The notes below the pieces were generated by a model, which worked only from the letters and a program-made list of their open reading frames with translations, made no database searches and was not told the origin of the DNA. Shown here piece by piece: positions 1-8,730 of a DNA stretch of 52,765 bases. The stretch is from an uncultured Gammaproteobacteria bacterium (GTDB taxonomy: Bacteria > Patescibacteriota > Microgenomatia > UBA1406 > GWC2-37-13), in contig CAZDDM010000002.1 of NCBI GenBank assembly GCA_964504235.1, forward strand, positions 1-52,765, written 5' to 3'. Made by a program: the position numbers and the translations under genes. How positions within the stretch are numbered: position 1 is the stretch's first letter; each line of letters starts with the position of its first letter.

Positions 1-1
1 T

Positions 2-241
2 ATGAATGAACTTATTCAGATACTGTTGTCGATTAAAACCGAGAAAGAGATGAGGGAGTTTCTTTTGGCTTTGTTGACTCAGAAGGAGATAGAGGAGCTT
101 CCCAAACGCATTCAGATTGTCAAAATGCTCAAAAGGGGAGTGCCGCAGCATGAGATTGCCCAAAAGCTCGGTGTCGGCGTTGCAACCGTGACGCGTGGAT
201 CAAAAGAGGTTCAAAGAGGAAAATTTTCAAACATTGCCTAA
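2..241 (+). CDS. TrpR-fold YerC/YecD-family DNA-binding protein
   Basis: 79-aa helical ORF with a C-terminal HTH-like segment 'VPQHEIAQKLGVGVATVTRGS'. Size and pattern fit the Trp-repressor/YerC family. The ATG is 1 nt from the window edge, so the true start could lie upstream. Confidence 0.7.
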   Translation: MNELIQILLSIKTEKEMREFLLALLTQKEIEELPKRIQIVKMLKRGVPQHEIAQKLGVGVATVTRGSKEVQRGKFSNIA

Positions 242-260
242 TTCAGCTATTAATAGATAT

Positions 261-335
261 ATGAACATCAAAACAATTTACATATATTGGCGAAAGTGGT
301 ACTTCGAAAGAAGGAGGACTGATTGTAGTGGGTAA
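261..335 (+). promoter_or_regulatory. candidate Trp-codon leader peptide ORF (24 codons, MNIKTIYIYWRKWYFERRRTDCSG)
   Basis: ATG 261 to TAA 333-335. TGG codons at 288-290 and 297-299. Lies just upstream of a terminator whose 5' arm can alternatively pair with 305-314. No clear SD upstream. Confidence 0.35.
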
Positions 336-357
336 AACAAACACCCGTTTCAATGAG

Positions 358-382
358 CCTTCCTTCGGGAAGGTTTTTTTTT
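358..382 (+). terminator. intrinsic terminator
   Basis: CCTTCC-ttcg-GGAAGG stem-loop (358-373) followed by nine T (374-382). Confidence 0.8.
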
Positions 383-582
383 GGCTTGAGAGGAGCAGAC
401 AGAATCCAAGCTTTTCTGTCAGCTCCACAAAAGCCGTACTTTGAGGATGCATGGGATATCGGATTGTCAACCAACACTATGTTCGTGAAAGGAACAGAAG
501 ATGATTCATTCATGGCTCGACCCGGAAGCACCGTATCCTCCCGATCCGGATCAGGGGGGAAATAAGCCGAAAGGAACGAAGA

Positions 583-756
583 ATGGGCGCAATGTTCAAC
601 AGCTATGCATTTGAGCGGATGATCGAAGAGTACTTCGAACGGGAAGGCGTATCAGCTCGATCGTGCTTCCGACTGTTCGGAGCATTCGCTTTGAGTGCTC
701 TGATTGCGGGAGGGCTGATGACCTTAGTAGGTAAGCTCCTTGCAGTTTTCGTGTAG
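583..756 (+). CDS. small hypothetical membrane protein (57 aa)
   Basis: Hand-translated, below the ORF-track cutoff: MGAMFNSYAFERMIEEYFEREGVSARSCFRLFGAFALSALIAGGLMTLVGKLLAVFV. SD-like AAGGA (571-575) lies 7 nt before the ATG. Hydrophobic C-terminal helix. Confidence 0.4.
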   Translation: MGAMFNSYAFERMIEEYFEREGVSARSCFRLFGAFALSALIAGGLMTLVGKLLAVFV

Positions 757-843
757 TCGCGTTGAGGAAGATGTAGTAAATCCCATGCATCCTCCTCACT
801 CTTTGTCCATCCGTTTATCAGTTATTTCTCTATTAACACAACA

Positions 844-2151
844 ATGAATACAACACAAATCACAATCCCAAAAAATGAAATACCGACTCATTTTGTGAAC
901 ATTAATTATTATCTGAAAAAACATCTCGGAAAAATCCCTGATCCGCCTCTTCATCCCTCCACCAAGAAAACTGTAAGTCCGGAGGATCTGGAAGCAATCT
1001 TTCCACGTGAGCTTATCAGACAGGAAATGCTGCAGGATAACGATTATGAAATTCCCGATGAAGTACGAGAAATCTATTCAATGTATCGTCCAACACCGCT
1101 TCTTCGCGCCAAACGCTTGGAGCAGCTGCTTGATACACCGGCTCATATATATTTTAAACATGAAGGGGCAACACTTTCCGGTAGCCATAAAATCAATACT
1201 GCTTTAGTGCAGGCTTATTACAACAAAAAGGAAGGGACTTCAAAGCTTACGACAGAGACAGGTGCCGGACAGTGGGGCAGTGCACTAAGCATCGCATGTC
1301 GTTTTTTTGATATGCAATGCGAAGTGTTTATGGTCCGCGTTTCGTACAATCAAAAACCGCATAGGAAAACAATTATGCAGATATTCGGATCGGAAGTACA
1401 TGCCAGTCCGTCCATAAAAACTGTCGTAGGACGTTCGTATCTTGAAAAAAATGCGGATCATCCGGGGAGTTTGGGGATTGCCATCAGTGAAGCACTAGAA
1501 CTGGCTGTACAGGACGGCAGAACAAAGTATGCATTAGGAAGCGTCTTGAATCATGTTATTTTGCATCAAACAGTGATCGGACAGGAAGCAAAAAAGCAGA
1601 TGGAGATTGCCGGTGAATACCCTGATACAATTATCGGCTGTGTTGGTGGAGGAAGTAATTTCTGCGGGTTTGCCATTCCTTTTCTTATTGATAAAATCTC
1701 AGGTCGCAAACCTCATCTTGAAGCACTGGCAATAGAATCTGCCGCCTGTCCCAAAATGACAAAAGGTGAGTACAAGTATGATTTCGGTGATTCAGCCAGG
1801 CTTACACCGCTTCTCAAGATGGAAACGCTGGGGTCGGATTTTGTGCCTCCGTCAATGCATGCCGGCGGGCTTCGTTATCACGGAAATGCACCCATTCTAT
1901 CTTTCCTGAATAACAAAAAAATTACCAAACCAAGAGCCTATAGACAGAACGAAGTTTTCAAAGCAGGTGTAACGTTTGCTCAGACTGAAGGGATCATTCC
2001 TGCTCCTGAGAGCACTCATGCCATAAAGGCTGCGATTGATGAAGCTCTGGAAGCAAAAAAAACGGGAGAGAAAAAAGTAATACTTTTTAACCTTTCCGGC
2101 CATGGACTGCTTGATCTGTCAGGATATGATGAATTTTTACGGAGTAAATAA
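844..2151 (+). CDS. trpB2: TrpB2-type tryptophan synthase beta-like PLP enzyme
   Basis: 435 aa. PLP-lysine motif 'GSHKINTA', 'TETGAGQWGSALS', 'GCVGGGSNF', and the N-terminal extension 'PPLHP...IFPRELIRQE' typical of TrpB2/TrpB-like (trpB_rel) proteins. Confidence 0.9.
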   Translation: MNTTQITIPKNEIPTHFVNINYYLKKHLGKIPDPPLHPSTKKTVSPEDLEAIFPRELIRQEMLQDNDYEIPDEVREIYSMYRPTPLLRAKRLEQLLDTPAHIYFKHEGATLSGSHKINTALVQAYYNKKEGTSKLTTETGAGQWGSALSIACRFFDMQCEVFMVRVSYNQKPHRKTIMQIFGSEVHASPSIKTVVGRSYLEKNADHPGSLGIAISEALELAVQDGRTKYALGSVLNHVILHQTVIGQEAKKQMEIAGEYPDTIIGCVGGGSNFCGFAIPFLIDKISGRKPHLEALAIESAACPKMTKGEYKYDFGDSARLTPLLKMETLGSDFVPPSMHAGGLRYHGNAPILSFLNNKKITKPRAYRQNEVFKAGVTFAQTEGIIPAPESTHAIKAAIDEALEAKKTGEKKVILFNLSGHGLLDLSGYDEFLRSK

Positions 2152-2153
2152 TC

Positions 2154-2552
2154 ATGAAAGTACAAGTAGAGATGCTTCCAATTATAAATCTTTTAGCTCA
2201 TGAACGCGTGTCAGAAAAGCGAGTTTATGAGCTGGTCCGATCATTAAAACAGGATCAGCTTTTAAAAAAGCCGATCATTGTTGCTAAAGATTTTATGATT
2301 GTCCTGGACGGTCATCATCGGATTGCAGCTCTAAAAACACTAGGAGCAAGATACATCCCGGCCTATGTGGTTGACTATTTTTCAAAAGACATTACTGTCA
2401 GAATTCGTAGGAAGAAGCTTATGGAACGGCTTATTAAAGAAGCGGTCATTTCATATGCAAAGCAGGGAATACAGTTTCCGTATAAAACAACCAAACATAC
2501 GATATGGTTGGCAGGAGAACATCATGAATTTCCTCTTGCCAGTTGTAAATAG
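2154..2552 (+). CDS. ParB/Srx-fold domain protein (DGHHR motif)
   Basis: 132 aa. 'KPIIV...VLDGHHRIAALKTLG...IPAYVV' matches the ParB N-terminal/sulfiredoxin-like fold. Starts 2 nt after the trpB2 stop. Confidence 0.6.
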   Translation: MKVQVEMLPIINLLAHERVSEKRVYELVRSLKQDQLLKKPIIVAKDFMIVLDGHHRIAALKTLGARYIPAYVVDYFSKDITVRIRRKKLMERLIKEAVISYAKQGIQFPYKTTKHTIWLAGEHHEFPLASCK

Positions 2553-2578
2553 AACTCCGTTCGGGCATAATAATACCC

Positions 2579-3619
2579 ATGAAAACAGTCTTCATCACAG
2601 GTGGTTCAGGATTTTTGGGTATTAATCTCATAAGATATCTTCTTAAGAAAGGCTACAAGATTATTTCATACGATATTGTTCCGTTTGATTATAATGACTG
2701 CAAAAAAAAGATCACCGCAGTTGTCGGAGACATCCGTGACAGGGAAAAACTTCATGAAGCGATGAAGGGATCTGACATAGTTATCCACTGTGCAGCAGCG
2801 TTACCGCTTTATTCGGAAGAAGACATCTATTCTACCGATATTGACGGGACAAAGAACGTTATTGACGGTGCGATTATCCACAAGGCTGAGCGATTTATCC
2901 ACATCTCATCCACAGCGGTTTACGGAGTACCGGATCATCATCCTTTGTACGAACACGATCAGCTTATCGGTGTGGGACCCTACGGTAAGGCGAAAATCAG
3001 AGCTGAAAAAATCTGTGAAGAGGCACGGGAAAAAGGACTTACTGTCTCAATCATCCGTCCGAAATCTTTTGTGGGTCCGGAGCGTCTGGGAGTGTTTGCA
3101 CTTCTGTATGACTGGGCGAAGGACGGTCATGGATTTCCGATGATCGGAAACGGCAGAAACCGCTATCAGCTTTTGGATGTCGAAGATTTGTGTGATGCGA
3201 TTTATGCCTGTATGACCTTGGATAAAAAAGCGGTAAACGATGTATTCAACATCGGAGCCAAAGAGTTTACAACGATGGAGGAAGACTATCAGGCTGTTCT
3301 TGATGAAGCAGGCTTCGGTAAAAGGGTGATCGGGACACCGGCGGCACTTGTGATCGGAGTACTGAGGATTCTTGAAGCCTTGAAAATCTCTCCGTTGTAT
3401 GCCTGGGTATATGAGACCGCTTCCAAAGATTCGTTCGTATCAATTGAGAAAGCGGAGAAGCAGCTGAAATACCGGCCCCGTTTTTCCAATAAAGAAGCAC
3501 TTATCAAAAATTACCGTTGGTATTTGGCTCATTTGTCGGATTTTGAAGGGCAAAGCGGAGTTTCTCATCGGGTCCCGTGGAAACAGGGAATTCTGAGTCT
3601 CTTCAAACGGTTTCTTTAA
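2579..3619 (+). CDS. NAD-dependent epimerase/dehydratase (extended SDR)
   Basis: N-terminal 'ITGGSGFLG' Rossmann motif and catalytic 'YGKAK' (YxxxK). Confidence 0.85.
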   Translation: MKTVFITGGSGFLGINLIRYLLKKGYKIISYDIVPFDYNDCKKKITAVVGDIRDREKLHEAMKGSDIVIHCAAALPLYSEEDIYSTDIDGTKNVIDGAIIHKAERFIHISSTAVYGVPDHHPLYEHDQLIGVGPYGKAKIRAEKICEEAREKGLTVSIIRPKSFVGPERLGVFALLYDWAKDGHGFPMIGNGRNRYQLLDVEDLCDAIYACMTLDKKAVNDVFNIGAKEFTTMEEDYQAVLDEAGFGKRVIGTPAALVIGVLRILEALKISPLYAWVYETASKDSFVSIEKAEKQLKYRPRFSNKEALIKNYRWYLAHLSDFEGQSGVSHRVPWKQGILSLFKRFL

Positions 3620-5079
3620 CGTACGATGACGGCGATAATCCTGTTGTCCCGGTCATATACAGGTGCTGCATATGGTTCTTCAAGTCCTTTGGGGATATGA
3701 CTGTCCACGTATAGTTTTACCAAATCCTTTGTTTCGTCTTCCGTAAGCATATTTTCCGAATATCGGATGCATGTCCGTCCGTTTAATAAAAAGCGGAATG
3801 TTTCATAATCACAGCCGAAACGTTCGGAATATAAGAGAATACTTGCATTATCGGGAATTTCCTGAAGTCCTGCATATACACCCGGGGCAAATACAAACTG
3901 CGCAATAGAAGAACGGGGAAACAGGGTAAAATACTGCCACAGGTTGAGTATTATTTGGGTCACTCCAAGAAGTGATACAACCGTTATCAGGACCATTCTT
4001 TTTCCTCCATGTGACAGTGAAATGAGCATATAAAGTGCATATGCAGCAAAGATATACAAGAAAATGTATGCGATCAGTACGCGTCGATAGTATCCGTCAA
4101 CAGTCGAAAAGAGCGGGATCATCTGGATCATTAGCCCGATAAGAAGCCATAACATGAATTTATTCCGCTTTAAAATGGCGGATACAATCCCTCCGACAGC
4201 AAATACCAGAATGATATAGTCTGCGCTCTGATAATCACCGTATCCGTCCGCTCCGTCATTCAGATGTCCTATCAAAAAAGCCTTTGTCTTTTTGAGTCCG
4301 TTATCATATATAAACTGCAGTTTCTCTCCGGTATCACCGTTTTTAAATTCGGTTTGATTCAGTACCGATATCGTTTTGTGATGTGAAAAATATTCTTTCG
4401 GATCAGAAGCAAGCTGTACGAGCAGCAGTGATGCGGAAACGAAAAAGGTCAGTATAAAAACAGTAACATGCTTCCAGGTTATGCGCCTGATAATCCACAG
4501 ATACAGAAAGGCAAGAAACAACAACGGAGGAAAAAGAATATAGCTGTTGTATGAGTACATTCCCAAACCGCAAAAAACCGCACTCAACATAAGCGATCGG
4601 TATTTTTTATCCAATAAAAATGTCGAAAAAAAGTAAAGCGTACCGATGACGAAAAGCGGCGCACTGATCAGCATAAAGCCGATACGGGAATAATGCAGGT
4701 GAATAAGTGAAAATGAAAAGAGGACGGTCATGATAACCGATACTGTTGATCCGTACAGTTTTTTTATGAAAAAATAGAAAAGAGGAACGGTGATAATACC
4801 GAAAAAGGCCATTGAAAGACGAAGAGTTGCGACGCTTGTTCCGAACAAACGGAAAAAAAGTGCCGTCAGATAGGCCGGTCCCGAAGGTTGCCCTAAAGCA
4901 CTGAGAGAGTAAGCCGGAATCGGGCCTTCATTCAGGATTTTGAGAGCATCAAGCGCGGTCCAGGCCTCATCCCCGTGAATACCAAGTGGAATCTTATCGA
5001 TCATAATGACACGTGGGATTGCTGCAGCAATCATTAAAATGAATGCAATAAAGATATCCTTAATTGTAAGTTTACTCAT
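3616..5079 (-). CDS. GT-C fold membrane glycosyltransferase (GT39/ArnT/PMT-like)
   Basis: 487 aa, multi-pass. The first-loop 'HGDEAW' acidic motif is typical of the ArnT/PMT_2 family. Overlaps the upstream paralog by 4 nt. Confidence 0.75.
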   Translation of the reverse strand: MSKLTIKDIFIAFILMIAAAIPRVIMIDKIPLGIHGDEAWTALDALKILNEGPIPAYSLSALGQPSGPAYLTALFFRLFGTSVATLRLSMAFFGIITVPLFYFFIKKLYGSTVSVIMTVLFSFSLIHLHYSRIGFMLISAPLFVIGTLYFFSTFLLDKKYRSLMLSAVFCGLGMYSYNSYILFPPLLFLAFLYLWIIRRITWKHVTVFILTFFVSASLLLVQLASDPKEYFSHHKTISVLNQTEFKNGDTGEKLQFIYDNGLKKTKAFLIGHLNDGADGYGDYQSADYIILVFAVGGIVSAILKRNKFMLWLLIGLMIQMIPLFSTVDGYYRRVLIAYIFLYIFAAYALYMLISLSHGGKRMVLITVVSLLGVTQIILNLWQYFTLFPRSSIAQFVFAPGVYAGLQEIPDNASILLYSERFGCDYETFRFLLNGRTCIRYSENMLTEDETKDLVKLYVDSHIPKGLEEPYAAPVYDRDNRIIAVIVR

Positions 5080-6833
5080 ATTTTTTTAAACACCATAATT
5101 TTGGGATGGTCATATACGGTAAAAGACTCATCAGCATGATCGTCAATAATTTTGAGTTGCCAGTTTCCGATAGTCAGTCTGGGATAGGAGGTAAACTCAG
5201 CTACTTTTACAAATCCGCGTTCGTTCGCAAACAGTCGGCGGTAATACTCTCCGGTCATAGGATAGCACCTCCCGTGTTCATCGCACTCCTGCAGCCGCTG
5301 AAGGGGGATATACAGTCTGTTTGAAGCAATGATAATATAATCACTCCGTTCCAGTTTCTCATTCAGAATATTCCATTTGAACTCATTGTCAGGAATATCA
5401 TAAAGAGTAAGTTCCTCATACTGATATTTGCCGTAATCGTATATCGGAACACGATCATCCCAATGTTCGACAGCTATTGTTGATCCTGCGGGAACGGCAT
5501 TATTTATCCACTCGGTAGCGGTGATACGCGTACTTTTTGTCGAATAAATGTTCAAAAACGGGAGCGTCCAAAGAAGCGAAAAACAGATGATACTGACGCC
5601 GACTGCCAGTCGGGGAATTAGCAGGTTGCGGGAGAAAAATCCGCCGTGCGGCTTATAGAGATCCATAATGACGGAAACACCGTATCCTGCCATGACGGCA
5701 AAAAACGGATACATAACAAGCATATATCTCATAAATTTGACAGCTGATTTTCCGATAATGACAAAATAGAGCATGTAAAAGAGGAAAATAACGGTAAACG
5801 GTGAATGTAGTATTTTCGTCAGAGCAACGGGAATTTTTTTTATGTGAGATGAAGCATGTATTGCTTGCGCGAACCATACTCCAATTCCGATCAGACTGAA
5901 TACGGAAATCACAGGCCCCAACCCCCACAGAAAAATGTTTTCAAGATAGTACAGATAGGGGAGAGTACCTATATACTGCAGGGTGTAAGGGAAGACATAC
6001 GGATCTGAGTTCATCCTGACCTGCAGCAGTACATCTTTTAGGAATCGCTGCCATTCAATGTATCCGTACGGCATAAAAAGAAACGAGAACAGAAGCGTAG
6101 TAAGGGCAAATGCCAATACGCCAGTACTTCTATTTTTCAAAATTATCGAAGCCAGTGATTTAAAACGGTCCCTTTGAAATAAAAATCGAATTCTGTCAAA
6201 AATATTTTCATGAACTGTTTTCGGAAAGAACAAAACAAAGAGAAGAACCGGTGCAAAAATAACGGGAGTGACTTTCGTTGTGAGTGCTGCGGCATAAACA
6301 ATCCCGATTATTACTGCTTTCCTGATGGAAGGATGCTGTTGATACTGCAGGAGGAGAAAGAGGAGAAGGGTTATAAAGAGATTGAGAAACGTATCAACGA
6401 TAAAAAAATGGCTGTTTTGTATCGGAAAAAAGGCGACTGCATAGAAAAAAGATCCCCAGGCAGCCGCAGCACGATTTTTAAAAAGATTATAAGCAATGCT
6501 ATAAATCAGAACGACAACCATGAGGTCATTGATGGTGGAGAGCAGTCTTCCGACAGGAAGTAGCCCGTCATACGTATCAACCGGCATTTGTGTGAATGAC
6601 TGGCTCAGTTGTGCTGCAGCGGCGAGTATATAAACAGGAAGGCTGCCGTAGTTGAAGAAGTCAGGATTCAGTTGTGAGAAAAATGTGATGCGTTCGGTTA
6701 CCATGATGAGCATCCGTTCATCGGGATGGAAATGATAGCCCGAATCCCAGTTCAATCCGTATAACCGCAACAATACGGCAAGAAGAACAATCACCAACAG
6801 CAATTTGTGCTTTGTTATTGAAAATACTGGCAT
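5076..6833 (-). CDS. GT-C fold membrane glycosyltransferase (GT39/ArnT/PMT-like)
   Basis: 585 aa, multi-pass. First-loop 'FHPDERM' motif and a large C-terminal soluble domain. Confidence 0.75.
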   Translation of the reverse strand: MPVFSITKHKLLLVIVLLAVLLRLYGLNWDSGYHFHPDERMLIMVTERITFFSQLNPDFFNYGSLPVYILAAAAQLSQSFTQMPVDTYDGLLPVGRLLSTINDLMVVVLIYSIAYNLFKNRAAAAWGSFFYAVAFFPIQNSHFFIVDTFLNLFITLLLFLLLQYQQHPSIRKAVIIGIVYAAALTTKVTPVIFAPVLLFVLFFPKTVHENIFDRIRFLFQRDRFKSLASIILKNRSTGVLAFALTTLLFSFLFMPYGYIEWQRFLKDVLLQVRMNSDPYVFPYTLQYIGTLPYLYYLENIFLWGLGPVISVFSLIGIGVWFAQAIHASSHIKKIPVALTKILHSPFTVIFLFYMLYFVIIGKSAVKFMRYMLVMYPFFAVMAGYGVSVIMDLYKPHGGFFSRNLLIPRLAVGVSIICFSLLWTLPFLNIYSTKSTRITATEWINNAVPAGSTIAVEHWDDRVPIYDYGKYQYEELTLYDIPDNEFKWNILNEKLERSDYIIIASNRLYIPLQRLQECDEHGRCYPMTGEYYRRLFANERGFVKVAEFTSYPRLTIGNWQLKIIDDHADESFTVYDHPKIMVFKKI

Positions 6834-7408
6834 TATTTTCTCAATTTCGTTTCAATGTATTCCATGGCATCCTTCAGTGACAGGAATTTAAGTTCATAAT
6901 CGATATGTTTATCAAATGCATTGGAAATCCAGAGAGCTTTAGCATTTGTATTCTTATTGATGTGCTGGACGATATCCCAGTTGTCTTCGATAAAATATTC
7001 CAATCCCAGTTCCTTAATCATCTTTTCTTTGAAAACGTGAGGCTGCAGGTTGTCTTTATTGTGAAATGTTGCATGAAAATGTTTTTTTGAATCCATTTTT
7101 TTTAGCCAGCGCTGGAAGTCTTTTTTAAGGCAATCATAACGGCTGGTAATGATATACGCCTCAATATCTCCGTTATTGGCCAAAGCTTTGATCCTATCAA
7201 AGCCGGGGGATATAAAAAGGCTCGACCAGTGAACCGCAATCCACATCCATTTTTCCAAAAATGTCCGCGGATAATAAAAATGAGTCTTCTTTGTTGCTTT
7301 TGGCTTTATGATCGTCTTCAAACCAACCGTGATAGGCCGGAATATTCGGGCGGGATTGTAAAGAAGTACGCCGTCAAGATCAAATCCGACTTTTAGTTTG
7401 GAGGACAT
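6833..7408 (-). CDS. HAD-superfamily hydrolase-like protein
   Basis: N-terminal 'FDLDGVL' (DxDxV) motif. 191 aa. First gene of the leftward operon that contains the two GT-C genes. Confidence 0.55.
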   Translation of the reverse strand: MSSKLKVGFDLDGVLLYNPARIFRPITVGLKTIIKPKATKKTHFYYPRTFLEKWMWIAVHWSSLFISPGFDRIKALANNGDIEAYIITSRYDCLKKDFQRWLKKMDSKKHFHATFHNKDNLQPHVFKEKMIKELGLEYFIEDNWDIVQHINKNTNAKALWISNAFDKHIDYELKFLSLKDAMEYIETKLRK

Positions 7409-7510
7409 GAATAATAGGGAACAAGTAATTGTTAATTGATTGTTAGCAAAATTTTATTATACTAGATACAGTAATCGTAAACGTTAGCTGATTATCAAAA
7501 TTTACATTTT

Positions 7511-8305
7511 ATGCTGCCTGTTTTACTTGATCTCGGGTTTTTCAAACTCTACACATTCGGAATATTTCTTGTACTTGCATTTTTCTGGGGAACTTTCTTT
7601 CTGTGGAAAAATATTACGCTTACTTCCTACAAAGAAGATGAAATTTTTGACGGCGTGTTTTTTGCACTTCTCGGGGGGATTCTTGTCGGCAGGATCCAGT
7701 TTGTCGCATTGCATTTTTCTGAATTCGGGTACGACATTCTGAAATTTTTATTGTTAAACGGGTATCCCGGAGTCGGCCTTTTAGGTTTTCTTGCCGGCTT
7801 TTTCCTGTTCTTTTTGATTTTTGCAAGCTGGAGAAAAATCAATTTTATGCGTGCGATTGATTATTTTATTGCTCCGTTTTTCCTCGCGATGGCGATCGCA
7901 AAGCTCGGAGCATTTTTTGCCGGATCCGAAATCGGAACGCAAACGAAGTTTTTTCTTGCGCTTTCATATCAGAATCTTGACGGTGCCCGTCATTTGACGG
8001 CGCTTTATGAGACCCTCGCATACTTTGCCGCCAGTTTTTTTGCTTATAAAATCGTACGGTCAATACGGCGCGGAAGTCTCTACGAAGGCTTTAATTTCGT
8101 CTTTTTTGTCTGGTATGTGGCACTTGTGACAGTTGTGTTTGATAATCTGAAAGCTTTCCGGGTAACGGTCCGGGATATGAGCTTTGATCTAGTTGTTGGC
8201 AGTTTGTTGCTCTTGACAGTTAGCCTATACTTCATCTATTATTTTAGACAATCAATTTGGATGTCTGTAAAAAGAATTTTTTCATCCAAAAAGAAGAAAA
8301 AATAA
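7511..8305 (+). CDS. lgt: prolipoprotein diacylglyceryl transferase-like membrane protein
   Basis: 264 aa, about 7 TM. The N-terminus 'LGFFKLYTFGIFLVLAFF' and overall architecture resemble Lgt. The assignment rests on pattern only. Confidence 0.65.
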   Translation: MLPVLLDLGFFKLYTFGIFLVLAFFWGTFFLWKNITLTSYKEDEIFDGVFFALLGGILVGRIQFVALHFSEFGYDILKFLLLNGYPGVGLLGFLAGFFLFFLIFASWRKINFMRAIDYFIAPFFLAMAIAKLGAFFAGSEIGTQTKFFLALSYQNLDGARHLTALYETLAYFAASFFAYKIVRSIRRGSLYEGFNFVFFVWYVALVTVVFDNLKAFRVTVRDMSFDLVVGSLLLLTVSLYFIYYFRQSIWMSVKRIFSSKKKKK

Positions 8306-8329
8306 CCGTTATCATATTTCCTAACCGCT

Positions 8330-8677
8330 ATGTCACGCAAAGAAGATATAAAAAAAACATTACTTGCCGAAAAGGAATCGATTCTCAAGAGAATGGAGGA
8401 TTTGAAAGCAGCAGATCCTTTTAGTGATCCGGACCATGTCGATGACAATGCTGCAGTTGATACCGATGTTCGGGAACAGGAAAGTCATCAGCGTATTGAG
8501 GCTGAGCTTGAAACTCTTGAAAAAAGACTCGAAAATATCAAGATTGCTTTGGAACAAAATGAAAACGGGATGTACGGCGTTTGTAAACGATGCAATAAAG
8601 ATATCCCGCCCAAGCGGCTTCAGCTCATTCCTGAGTCCATTTACTGTGTGAATTGCGAAGCTGAGCTGACAAAGTAA
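8330..8677 (+). CDS. DksA/TraR-family C4 zinc-finger protein
   Basis: Coiled-coil N-terminus plus 'CKRCNKDIPPKRLQLIPESIYCVNC'. Confidence 0.8.
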   Translation: MSRKEDIKKTLLAEKESILKRMEDLKAADPFSDPDHVDDNAAVDTDVREQESHQRIEAELETLEKRLENIKIALEQNENGMYGVCKRCNKDIPPKRLQLIPESIYCVNCEAELTK

Positions 8678-8730
8678 TTCTTACTGAAATACGCCTTTCG
8701 GATTGAGCCTATTTGTGCTAGAGTAGAGGA

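Noticed and set aside
386-843. Possible RNase P RNA, tmRNA or T-box leader. ACAGAATCCAAGCTTT resembles the RNase P P4 3' strand, CAGCTCCACAAA resembles a tmRNA 3' end, and AGTGGTACTTCG at 296-307 resembles the T-box GGUGGUACCGCG.
   Set aside because: There is no GGAAAGUCC-type CR-I on either strand. There is no tRNA-like T-arm or CCA end, and no tag ORF. The T-box-like 12-mer matches only 9/12 and has just ~55 nt of non-coding sequence upstream, too little for Stem I or a specifier loop. These are isolated short similarities only.
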